A DNA stretch of 35,305 nt from Paraglomus brasilianum. Taxonomy: Eukaryota. Location of the stretch: NCBI GenBank assembly GCA_910592345.1, contig CAJVPI010000326.1, forward strand, positions 1-35,305, written 5' to 3'. The stretch's first letter is position 1, and the number at the start of each line of letters is the position of its first letter. The position numbers and the translations under genes are program-made. The notes beneath the pieces were generated by a model that made no database searches, was not told the origin of the DNA, and was given only the letters and a program-made list of their open reading frames with translations. This document shows positions 23,317-35,305 of the stretch, in pieces.

Positions 23317-23501
23317 TTGTTTTGGATAGTGTCAATTCAAAAAGCAAGTGGGCTCTAAACCACGAACCGCGTAGATCATTGGGGGAAATACGAGTCGTGA
23401 TCTACGAAACTGGTAAGTTGGGGCCAGTCGATGCGAATAGAAACGATACAAATTCATTCTATAATATATACATATTTATTAACATGATTAGAATTTATTC
23501 A

Positions 23502-24253
23502 TTAGAATCCTTTGTCATATAGCCATTGCATGACATCTCTTCGAACGTTTCCTTTGATGATTATTTGACATGACGTTTCGTTAATTTTTACTTCGCCCTT
23601 CAATGCGCCTGGGAACAGCTCTTTTACGATATCATCGCGAAGAGCCTACAAATAACTAGCAGTGAATGATACAAATCCTTCATCGCAAAAAAAGATCAGT
23701 TTTTTTTTTTTTGTTTTGTTTTTTTTTTACCTGAAGATTTCCTTCAATTCTTCTTATAGTGGTCAATTGACGTGTTCGCCCATTTTTGATACAGTAATAA
23801 ACAGGAAGTTCCCCGTATCGCGATCGTTCAACAAAATATGGATACTGTACTATTGGTCTGTTGGGATCTATCTTTGGCGGATCAGGCAGTCGAGGAACTC
23901 CTCGTAGTCGATAGGGTTGTGGGATTCGCTTTGGATTTCTACCATCCACTACACGCAGCGGATACGGTCCCCCAAGACGCTTATTTTTTTGTGGGGCTGT
24001 GGATGGCACATGTGGGTAAATTATGTATAGACAGAACGAGTTACATTTGGACATTTACGAAAGACAAGCAAATTGACCGAGTCAACTAACCAACAGACGT
24101 TTGAGTACTTTTCCGTCTTAACGATTCAAAAGCCCCAATTAGACTACCACTATTAACAGTTCTACTTATCGAAAGCAAACTTCCTAGGCCAGTGTTGACA
24201 TTTCTCACTAGACTGACGCTGCCCAATGGAAAGAATGCCGCAATTACTTTCAT
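23502..24253 (-). CDS. IMG2: Mitochondrial ribosomal protein mL49 (Img2), 3 exons (24253-24091, 23996-23731, 23645-23502)
   Basis: PYFVERSRYGELPVYYCIKNGRTRQLTTIRRIEGNLQALRDDI...IIIKGNVRRDVMQWLYDKGF*, with a presequence-like N-terminus. Confidence 0.9.
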
Positions 24254-24953
24254 GGATTATTATTATTATCCCTTCAATCAATCAATCAATCAAAAATGCA
24301 ATGGCAAACGACTGCATGCAGATCAAACTCGTAAAATAGGTCACAAGGCATCCACAATAATAAAGTCCCGTTATAGAAGTGTTAATGTTAAAAGTTTGAG
24401 TTTTAAATAGTTGGGATTTTGGCACGCTATTTAGTTAATAATAATAACACTATTTAGTTAATAATAACACTTGTAGTGAGTAATCTGTATTTACATTGTT
24501 GATTGTGTTAATAATAGAATTGGAATTAGTATTGGTGATTACTAATACTATCACAAATCCAAAACTATAAATATAAAATTTTATTGTAATGCGTACTGCA
24601 AGTCAGAGACGAGTTCATCCAATAAAACATTACTATTACGCTACCAATTTACCGAGAAAATCCAACCACTTCATTATTTACCATTGTCATGATCACAAGA
24701 TCAAGTTCTGCAAATTTTAACACCTCAAAAATACCCCGCTGAAAGGGACTCACATTAATCTTCCTATACAACATTGAATTCTAAAAAAGAAGTTTTTTTT
24801 TTTTTTTTTTATTCTCAGCTGTACAAACTGATATGATATGCAATCTTTGAACAATTATCTACACGAGGTTTCTGTACAATAAAAAAAGAAAAAAATAATA
24901 AAACCAAGCCGGTTACTCAAACAATAATTAAACCCCTCTTCTGGTCAATTCTA

Positions 24954-27265
24954 TCAGCGTTCATCTCCACTTCCACTACTAGTTGACTCGGCATCTTTCC
25001 CATAACAAGCAAACACATGTGTCTCGTGATGTTTCTTTCCCGAATGTCCACTTCCTCTGTTATGTAATTTTTCATGATCAATACTCTCTGGTTGTTCATC
25101 TACTTTTGTGAGATCACTGTCTTCAGCTTCGGAATCACTAGCATAGTCTTCTACAACAACAAAAGATTTCTGTCGTTCCCGTTCATTCCATCGTAGACAA
25201 CGTGAGACAGAATTGAACCAGTCTTGAGATGAAGACGACATGCAGACGGTTGGAAGGGGAAACTTTGAAGGTGTCACTTTAATATGGTCGCCCTCTATCA
25301 AATTGAGAAAAATATCGAAAGTTTAGCACAAGTATTAATCTCGATTCCTGATTAACGCGTTTGTCACCTAAATCCATTTTTACTTACGTTTTAATTCTAC
25401 TCTTCCTCTCCCATCAAAACTAGCCCAGGCAGTACTTCGGCTATTATGTGGAACACATATACGTAACTCCATTGAATCAGGCAATAGCATAGGTCTAAAT
25501 GAGAGTGTATGGGGACATATCGGCGTGATAAGAAGAGCTGGTATGTCGGGATGCACCAAAGACCCCCCAGCTGATACGGAATACGCCGTAGATCCCGTCG
25601 GCGTTGATACAACCAATCCATCGGCCTGAACGGTAGTCAAGTGTTCATCATCACCTATAACAATCACAAATAATATATCAATCAAAAATTTTGGGCCAAG
25701 GTTTCTTAACAAGGATAACCTGACTTAAAAAAAAAAAGTGGTCAACACTTACCAAACAATTCCAACATGCTCATGTATGGTCCTGCACCTCGATCGACCA
25801 CCAAGTCATTCAAGACCTCGAACGTCTCACCCGCTTGCGTCACAAAACATGGCAGAACCTTGTCTTGACCTCCTGTCTGATAATCGTCGTTCTTTTCTTT
25901 TTCCAAGGCTTCCCAACTTCCCTCTCCGTCCAACAGTTTTTGCATCATAACTTCGCCAGTCAGACCATCTCTTTTGGCTTTTACCTTTAAATGATCGGGA
26001 TTGGCTACGCGATGGTAGACCGTGCATGTGAAACGCATTCGAAGGTTGACGCGAATTCCGTCTTCCATGGCGGTAGTGAGGTGTTTGCGGTAGTTGGAAA
26101 AGTCAAAGTTTGTGAGAAATCCGAGTGAACCGAGATGGAACGGCATTACTGGTGGAACCACGCGTTGAAAGAGCCAAGATGTATAAAGCACCGTACCGTC
26201 ACCACCAAGCTAGTAAATGTCAGAACGTTAGATTGCATTCAAACATACGCAAATCATTGTGCAGAGAAAATAAACTCACTGTTAGAACAAAGTTGAAAAT
26301 CTCGGGACGAGCGGCGCACAGCTCAGCTGTCCAAAACTTCAAGTTGTCTTTTACATATGGGGATTCGCGCAATAATGACTCGTAGCCGAATCGCTTGACG
26401 TCTTTTAATTGCTTGTCAACGTAAACGGTCACGCCATGATTTTTGCCATATCGTGGTGTAGTGATCAAACATATTGCAAGCTCGCGAGTGAGTTTGACAA
26501 GGCGGCCGTCACCTGGCTTTGTAACTATCATCACTGTCTTTATTTTGGAATGTATACGCGCTTGACCTGGTATTGTTGAGGAAGAGAGAGAGAGAGAGAG
26601 AGAGAAAGCGTAATATGTGAGCATATACATCATTTGTATAAAAGAAAAAAGTTGCTCCTAAGAATTAGAATTCTATAGGTGGTTTCAATGACGCTATAGC
26701 TCAAATCCCCTTTCCTCTTTCCCTTCCCCAGTCCAATTTGATTCGTACCAAGCTTTTTAGAAATCTCCCTTACGCTAACGGCGGTTTCAGCCAACGTGCC
26801 ATAATTATTACACTCGCCAACACTTCTTGTAATGACTTCGGTCAGTGATTGCCTATTTGCCGGGTCAATGTACGAATGCACAAAGCATGGACTCTTTGGC
26901 GTAGGAGTAGGAGTTGGTATTTTGGTCGAAGGAATGGCCAGAGTATCGCGAGCTACGGGTGGTTTAGGTCGACTTCGTGTTTTCTTTGACTTGCCGGTAT
27001 TCACGTCGACTTCTAGCAAGTTTTTCTTTTGATTCACAATCTGGGCATCGTTAGACTTCGCATCCATGAAAAGTCTTGGGGGATGCTTCTTGATCTTTGA
27101 TGTAGGAGACTTGACCGTAGTATGAGTTGAAAGGAGTAAGAGAGTGAATGCGAGTAGTGCGGTTGTGCCGACAAGGAGGGATAGTGGTGCGAAGGCGAAA
27201 ATGGCAGCCAATGAGGGGAAGAGATTTTGGGGATTGACGATCTGAAGAGAAATATAATTATCCAT
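24954..27265 (-). CDS. ATP-NAD(H) kinase (Utr1/Yef1-like), about 5 exons (27265 or 27067-26749, 26566-26280, 26209-25753, 25654-25388, 25294-24954)
   Basis: [82 protein letters not shown]. Confidence 0.95.
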
Positions 27266-28706
27266 TTGATCTTGGATGGTATATTGGACAAGGGTATATG
27301 GAAAGTGTTGTGTTTATATAATGTGTTGATATATCTATATCTATATCTATCTATCTATCAAGACAAATATCCGAATACTAAGAACTCATCAAACACGACT
27401 CTGAATTGAAAAAAAAAAAAAGAAAAAAAGGGTAGGCCAAATTTTGTATTAAATAATATCCGCTCAGCGGGACTGGTTTACAAATGGGATTGAGTAACTG
27501 TTTGTGCAAACTTTTAAAGAATGATAGGAAAGAGTGTGAATGATGAGATTAGATGTCCTTGTCGAAGTCGCTTTGTTTTATTATTTTTGTTCCTTTTTTT
27601 TTTCGTTGACCTGCAACTTTAAACGAATGGAAACTTAGTTGGTATAGATATCGGAAAGAGGATAAGGACGTAGGTCTATATATGGTGTTGATGGCTATAA
27701 TGAATATATATATATACAGGTTGACACTTCAGGAGACTTGTGTCGCGTTTTCATTATGTCTGTGACACGTGGCACTGTTCACTATGAACTTTATCATTTA
27801 ATTAAGTCAATACATTCTATGTATGAGATATTATCTCTCTCTCTCACACATTCTTCGTTTTCCCAAATGGTAACCGAGCAGACCTTCCGCCTCCCCCATC
27901 AACATTCTTTGGTGGGAATAAGCTCGACAGCCGGTATAGCTGACTTTTGCTTGTGGCGATTAAAGAGACATGTTCTTTTAATATTAATCCCGAGTCAGAT
28001 TAGCGGAAGATCCCGTTCGAATGAAGAGATGAGTGGGATGCAAGGTGCTAATCGAATTACGCCGATATGAAACGTTCGTCTGTTTTTGGTTGTGTTTAAA
28101 CATTGGGATCTTACAAAAACTAGAGCCGATTGCAATCAATTAATAAATATAATTACTCTCTACTTTATCCGGACTTGCGATCCAATCATTGCTCCTCATG
28201 TCTTTGACTTCATAGAACATTGTATTAATATACAGCGTAATACAATAATATCAATTTCTTTTATTGTCTAGCTCCTTTGATCATGGGAATAATTGCACTT
28301 TATATGCTCGACCTCATATCTTTCGTTTCACGACGAGAGAAACATGGCAAAAAGCATACTAAGACTTTTTGATAAATGCACGTCTTGTTTCATTGTTATT
28401 ATTATCATTATTGTCTCCGAGTTTTGAAAGTTCTGCAGTTCAAGCTTTACTATATAATTTGTTTGTAGCCGGTATTTCCCCCCAGCCCATTAAATGGGGG
28501 TACAGAAAAGCATCCAAATAGGTCTGAACAATATAGCAATGGTCGTCCCACAGATAAAATATGTATGAATAACGTTAAACACAGATGCGCAATTGAATTG
28601 GGGGTTTTATTACCATAAAGGGCTATTAAAGTTGAACTACCTCGAACACCAAACAACAAACCATACATGCAAGGGTATAATTACCATAACCAGAAAACAG
28701 AAAATA

Positions 28707-28862
28707 CACAGTGAAATTCACTTTAACGAAGACGATTTTTTGCTTCGTTAACCTTAAGTGAACTGTCTTTTTATATGAAATATATGAATCCGTTCTGGAA
28801 AGAACTTCGTTATAAAGCGATCTTTGTTAAAGTGAGACTTCGTTAAAGTGAATTTCACTGTG
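28707..28862. mobile_element. Tigger/pogo-type MITE, about 156 bp
   Basis: Perfect 25-bp inverted repeats CACAGTGAAATTCACTTTAACGAAG ... CTTCGTTAAAGTGAATTTCACTGTG, flanked by TA (28705-28706, 28863-28864); internal CTTCGTTA copies. Confidence 0.88.
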
Positions 28863-30668
28863 TAATTCAATGCAAAATTTAATTAGCATTAAATAGTTTG
28901 AAAAGTGAATTCCCCTCTCGCAAAAGGGGGGGGGATGTGGTGGAATGTCGTTAGGTCGTAATAGCACATATAGTACATACAATATATCCAATCCAATCCA
29001 CAACAGCTATCGCACAAATGATTCGATATTTTGTCGCATAGCGTGTAATAATTAGCTTTGTTTCCCCCCCCCCCCTAGCGAGCATTGAAAAGTTGCAACG
29101 TCCGAATTAAAATTGGGTGATGCCATTAATTGTATCAGTAAACTGAACTTTTGTAACAAAAATGCAAGTGTGATTGGATAAATCTGAATAACAAACATGT
29201 AAATGATGTAAGCCAAGAAAAAAGCTAAACCGGTTAGTCTTCAATTGGCTTACCGTCATCTTGCATGCCATGGAATTTTTTCATATTGGGCGAGCAGTCT
29301 TTCTTCATAATAACTTGCTGGTATATTATCAAAAGATCAAACATCTTGGTATCTCCGTATTGTCTTGAAATAGGAAGCAAACCTATGTCTAATAATCGCA
29401 GCGACAAATGACAAGCACGAGAACAACTGCATACCCAAATTGCTCCCTGGAGTTTTTGTTTCATATGTCAACATTTTCTCGTGGGTGTCGAACTCCCATG
29501 ACTTGTTGTTAGACAGAAATAGCTCACAAGAGACAAAATTGATGCTAGACTCGCTTACGAGTTATTTCAAAGTGGTGGCTTAATTTACGTAATTCCAACT
29601 ATATCAGAGAAAAGATGATCGTAATCTACTGATCATAATCTTTTGCACTTGAATCAATGTTCTGGTAGAAACATTTGATAACAGTCTTTTCCCGCCGTTG
29701 GACCTTAATATTTGGGTAACCACTCACCCATAAACAGTAGACTAGTGTGTTGTTGCTATAATTATAATGTACAAGCTTCACTGGCGTTCTATTGATATTG
29801 TGATACCAGGGGCAATTTAATCTTTAAATAATATAATTTATTTCATAACACGTCGATAGTCACGTAATAAAAATAGTGGCGAACAGTTGCAGAGCAACCC
29901 ATTTTCGTGAATAATCCATGTGGGCAAGCAGAATCCACTCATAATACCAATCGTGTACATAATAATAACACTTGAGATTTAATCCAATCAAAAATAAAAA
30001 AATAAAAAAAAGGAAAAGGGAAAAAAATAAAGAAACTCTTCAACTCGCAGATGACAGCTGCTTAATGACTATATTCCTTAACCCCAAAACACCCTCTCCT
30101 TCTCCACCGACAGTCACCCCTTAAACTAGCTCCGCTGCCACCAGCATCGCCTACTCTATCCACGCAAAGAAATTCGTAAATCGATCAATGAGAAGAAAAT
30201 AAAGAGAAGAAGAAAGGGATTTTTGTGACGAAGAACGGGAAGTATCTTGCAATAAGGTTGCAAATGAGAATCTCGGATGAAAGGGTGAGCAAGTACATAA
30301 CATCGTAGACGTGCTTTACATGTTCATTGGAACGGCAGGGACGATTTTCGCGCTATGTTGATTGCATGCACAACTAATATAAAGGAATAGAAAAAAAAAA
30401 GTCAGTCAGTCGCATAAGTATGTTACTTCTCAACATACAATGACTATCGACTTTCTCGATATCTGACCGCCACATTCTCTCAAACACGTACCTCGCATCC
30501 TATCCACAGAAATCTCTCTTCATATTATCCCTATTCAAACTTATCACAAAAATGTTCTCCTTTTCTTCGACGGGCAATATTCCAATTGCTCATCCTCAGA
30601 TAACGGAAAATATATGTGCAGAATCATATCTACTTCATATCTAATCATGTCTCCCGGCATCGCGCACT

Positions 30669-33216
30669 TCACATATCTTTCAATCTCTGAGCAAGTCGAG
30701 TGTATTCAGAGATGAATTCAGACTTGCGGACCAATTCCCAGGCTCTTACTGCACTTCGAAACCTAACAAAAAAAAATGTAGTTTCAATGTAAGAGTTGAA
30801 CAGATGGCAAGATGGCAGGAGCAAAAAAGTATACGAGGTATGAAGATGAGAAGAGGTTTCACAATACAGAAACAGGTAAACACCACAGAGTTGCGCAAAT
30901 GTTAAATACACCCTGACCGTTCGCGTCAAACACTTTTTTTACCTACCTCAGCCTCACCCACCTCTCATAAACAACTCACCAATCTTTCTCTGATACCTGT
31001 CCCTTCTTCCCTTCTCTCTTGGGTAATCCAAACACCTGATTCCTTAAAGATTCCGCAAACGAGATAAAACTGTCTGGAGCATTCAGTTTCGTCCAGGTCA
31101 TGTTTTCTGATTTATGGCGTAAGGGATGAGGTTCGTATGGAAGGAGAAATAGGTTAGGTGAAGACTCAAGCGATGGTGGAGATATGGCAAACGTTTTGTT
31201 CAGAGAAACGGTATCTGGGTTTAGAGAGAGTGAGAGAGTGAGAGAGTGAGAGCGAGAGAGAGAGGGAAAGGGCAGGAATATAAGAATAGCAAAATTGAAA
31301 TGAGTGAAATTGTATGGGAGTAAACTATATTTACATATGTAAGTGTTTTATTTACACAACTTCACTTAAAGTTTGAAGTAAAAAACATGACTCACTCACT
31401 GAAGAGATTTAATTTGGTTGTGTCAAACATATCACACACTATTTCGCATAAAGCATCGTATCGTGGTGTTGTAAATTCCTGTGTAGGTGTCTTGTTGCAT
31501 ACCAACACTAAGGACAAGAAAAACATGTTATTAGGGATTTTGATATCACTGGCATTGACAATCCGCTTACCAATTTCAGGATAATATTCGATATCATCAG
31601 CCGAGTTCAAATGAGGCATGGTCGGGAATTCAGGTATACGATATTTACACATTTCTGCTTTCTTTAGGAAGTTCCAAGTCATATAGTCCATACCTTCAGT
31701 CACCACTAGAACAACATTGCACACTGAAAGCAAGAATATGACAAGTTGAAGAGACTGGATGATAGAAGGAATGCATCAGTCTATTTCTGTGTTGGAGCGA
31801 GAGACAGAGAGAGATAGTGCTAATGATCGCAATATAGCACAAGAACGACTCTGTTATTTCATCCCCAATCTTCACCTGCAATTCCAACCACAACTCGGGC
31901 AACATTCCATCAGGCACATAATCGTTCCTCATTGCACGTTCAAGCACCGAAAGACTAAAGATTGGCTGTTCATTTTTGGTAAATGTTTATTATAAATTAG
32001 AGAATGCACAAACAATTCACAAACGGACGATCGGCAGATCAATGATATCAGAAAATGACCCTACCTGTGTATCAAGCAAAACAATCCTTTCTGGAGTTAC
32101 ATGAATGTCCACGCCGATAGTGGCATGATTTGCCGCATATAAGGTCTCATTTGATTGTTGAGTAAAGCCCTAAGGGTGCAAATTAAACAAGCACTTAATT
32201 TAATAATTGGAATTGGAATCTAAGCCTGGTATTACGCAATCGTTCTTCTACATTTAAAAATCTCAAAATTTCAAGCCCAAATAAATGACTTTACTTGCAC
32301 TTCTCCCCCACCCCCAATAGTCAAGGCCAGCATGACTCCAAAATTACCATACATTACTCTGATCCTGACAAAATTTCGACAGAATCGTTGACTTTCCTGC
32401 ACCTTGTGGACCGCATACGCCCACAACAAAATGGCCAGGGAGATCACTAAGTAACTAAAAATAAATACACAATTATTTACAATCCAACCTTGTCACATAT
32501 GAAATTTGTGCCATATAAAATAAACCATTTTTGTTATTGCACGTCGTACACACACATTCTCTTCATCCCATAGATTATTTCTTACATACCCTCCCCACAA
32601 TTTCCTGATTAATAGTTCCCTTCTCATCGATCATTTTAGCAAACGGCCGTTCTAGAGGTTTGGTCTTCAATGACGGTTTCGGTTCAGAAGGTTTAGTCGC
32701 AATTGTTCGAGGAACCTCCTCCCGTTGGGTTTCCGGACGTGACGATGGGCCTGTGGGCGTTCGTCCGAGTATTACTGGAGATTGATAAAAGTTTCGAGAA
32801 AGATTATCCGGTGGTGGAGTGGTCAACGTGTTGGTGGCCTCCTGGAGATCATTAAGGAAGAATTGGAGGTCAATCGAGGGAGGAGGAAAAAAGGAACGTT
32901 TAGTGGGATTTCGAAAATTGGAAGATACAATAGTCAATTTGACTGGACGCTGAATGGTTAATTCGGAATTCTCTACTTAAAACAATCTCAATGATACCTT
33001 CGTTTTGCGCTCCCGTCTTCTTCCACCTTCGCGCGACCTTTGGGAAAGGCCTCTTCTTGGTTTGACACCTCCGCTGCCAGACCCGTTCGCATCCCTAGAA
33101 TAAGAGTCTCTGGACTGTCCACCTTCATGATAAAATCCGTTGTGATAGCCACCGCGACCATTTCTGGACATTTCTGGTCTGTCCTCATAGTCCCTAGATC
33201 CTCCTCCTCTCGACAT
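30669..33216 (-). CDS. SMG9: Nonsense-mediated decay factor SMG9 (P-loop G-domain), multi-exon
   Basis: VVGVCGPQGAGKSTILS, GVDIHVTPERIVLLDTQPIFSLSVL, ELQSLQLVIFLLSVCNVVLVV, FLKKAEMCK, YYPEIVLVCNK, NLFLLP, LRNQV, SEKDWFRSAVRAWELVRKSEFISEY. Confidence 0.9.
31221..31265. repeat. GA-rich microsatellite in an SMG9 intron
   Basis: (GA)n interrupted by GT/GC; similar tracts occur at 13815-13832, 17488-17527 and 26582-26604. Confidence 0.8.
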
Positions 33217-34335
33217 GAGTATTAAAGAAAAAGGATAGTATGGTAAGTTAATTGGCGGGAGAGTGCATATTGATTTGATTGGTTCTAAACTGCCTCAGCA
33301 AGTAGAAATTTGTATCACCCGCGCCAGAAACAAATAAAGTTTATACATTATAATTTATTTTTATTGACTGAAAATATGGGTTTGACAATAGGCGAGACTT
33401 TAGTTATAAGTCTGGATGAATAAACTATCCAAACGATTACAGCTCGTAGTCGTAGGAACAAATGCACGCCTTTACAGCTCGAATTCTATTTGTTGTTTAT
33501 ATTTTTTTTTCTCGCGCAGAAACAATATTCTCAATGTTAGTCCGCTGCTAGGATTACAAGAGAAAATGTTGTTGTCATTTATCATTCCGTTTTTTACATA
33601 TAAACAAACTATTTAATTATTTTTTAACAGTGTAATTCTGTATACGGATATTATGCAATAGTTCTATTGAAAGGATTCTAATGTATTTTTGTGACATAGA
33701 CCACAATGACGCAGCCAATAGATATTTCTATCAGGAAACCGAGACGGCATTCACCGCACGCTTTTATTGCTAGAGAGTGGATGTAAGGTAATTCCAACGC
33801 CTTTTGTACCACAATATTTTGCCACTATGTAGAAGTAACAAATTTGACCAAAAATTATTTATTAAACCAAAGAAGAATTGCAAATTTTTTGGTCGACTGT
33901 TGCTGTTCAATAACATTATCAAATGATTTGTTCAGTTTGGATATGTGTGATCGAAAAGTTTTGATTATTTCGAGAATGTACATGGTAATTTACATCAATC
34001 ATTTGAAACAACTTTCTTTACACAAAGCTTCCTTTAGAATGCTATCAACAACACACAATCATCATCCTGCATGCTCTTTTTTTCAAACTTGTTGATTCAT
34101 TGTCTAATTGTCCCAATTGAACGTGAGTATTACCCATGCATGTGACAAAGTTGGCATATTTCCCTATTCCATAGTTTTACATGTAACTGAGGCCAGCGTT
34201 TTTAATGAGTTTTTAATTTTATCATAAACTACTAAGGTATTTGTGACCTGGGGGGTCTAATTAAAACTTGAAATGCACATTTTACTTTAATTACCATACA
34301 TTTATTTTCTTTGAGTAAACTTAAAATTTTTCGCG

Positions 34336-34762
34336 TAGGGGTGTTCTTCCGACCGGGGTTAGATTAGCTTCGTGCTACCGCCCTTATTACGGTAGTTGTC
34401 TGAATTCTAATCTAAAGTTACCTATTTTATATAATTAAATTGCGCGCTTCCTAACTCCCCATTCGAGCTCCAATCACTCGTAATTCCAAATAAGGGTACC
34501 CACGATATAATAACAGCAACAATTATTCTACCGCAGAATCGAAGGGGAATAAATTTTATTTAATAATTAAACAGGGCTATCTTCGATTTGGTGTTCCGAC
34601 GTCGGGTATCCGTCACTTGTCTCTAATATAACTAATTAAACAATAATTGTTTTCAATAATTAATTATAAGCTCTCGTTCCTCAATTAAGAGTACTAAATC
34701 AACGGACAACGTATACAGCTTTAATGAGCCGTTTATTAGTGTGCCCGGTTAAATAATTAATA
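34336..34762. other. Unassigned island of base-paired modules (candidate structured RNA or element end)
   Basis: Complementary pairs TTAGATTAG/CTAATCTAA, CTACCG/CGGTAG, TCCCC-A-TTCGA/TCGAA-GGGGA and ATTAATTAT/ATAATTAAT. Confidence 0.35.
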
Positions 34763-35305
34763 TTTCAGCAATGAAAGAAAGTAAAATTTCAGGAGTATAT
34801 CACACATTCTTTTATTGACTATTCAGATATGCAAGTGAAAACTTTTTCTAGAAAACACTTGAAGATTTGAGAAAGGGAAAATTTATTGGAAAGAAAAAAT
34901 GAAGAGGGACATAAAATTGATACTACAAGAGTATATTGAGGTTTTTATTCTTTTCTTATTGAAATTACCATCTTTTGCAATATTCTCCTTGCTGATTATC
35001 ATGCCTTAGATTGCTCTTGTTGATATGCAAACTTTGTAAAACAATTATAATATTTTTCGAAAACATTTAATTCAATGGTAATGGCAGAAGAAGAATTTTT
35101 CCAACAAATGCAGTTTCTATTTCAACACCTGTAGGTTTGATCTCTCTTTTACCGTATTCAGGCATCTTTAATAATTTTCTGTGGTAAAGATTTTCGATTT
35201 TACAGGATCTTTATTGACAACTACAGAGAAACTGCTAAAGCTGTTTTTAGACAGCTAATACATGAGAAAGCATATGCTATCTACATTACTAACTGAATCA
35301 ATAAA

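Noticed and set aside
27738..28668. ORFs of 61-110 aa upstream of the NAD kinase
   Set aside because: Mostly non-ATG starts, low-complexity composition, no motifs.
34354..34370. Telomerase RNA template (minus strand CTAATCTAACCCC)
   Set aside because: It does not match 1.5 copies of a TTAGGG template and is already paired within a local stem.
34800..35305. Retroelement ORF remnant at the window end
   Set aside because: All frames are stop-riddled and no diagnostic motif was readable.

Overview
Intron-rich, AT-rich fungal nuclear DNA, most consistent with an early-diverging Mucoromycota lineage (Endogonales/Glomeromycotina-like). That placement is inferred from the LEWIP-type kinase-like gene, MULE/pogo relics, a Crinkler-type nuclease relic and SMG9. 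Bases 1-9.2 kb are accessory-like apart from GGC1: a truncated kinase-like gene, an 860-bp Tc2/pogo-type element with TIRs, an orphan 187-aa gene, MULE and Tigger transposase relics, GGC1/YHM1, a coiled-coil gene mostly missed by the ORF track, and a PD-(D/E)xK pseudogene. Bases 10-33 kb are a compact housekeeping block: an allantoicase fused in frame to ureidoglycolate lyase (preceded by a GATA cluster), tRNA-Ala(CGC), RLP24, a Nudix hydrolase, BLOS1, a Pal1-family gene, PSO2/SNM1 with an in-frame TAA inside its catalytic domain, IMG2, an NAD kinase, a MITE and SMG9. The end of the window holds an unexplained island of base-paired modules (34.3-34.76 kb). Exon structures were assembled by eye and family calls are from recalled motifs; no database searches were run.
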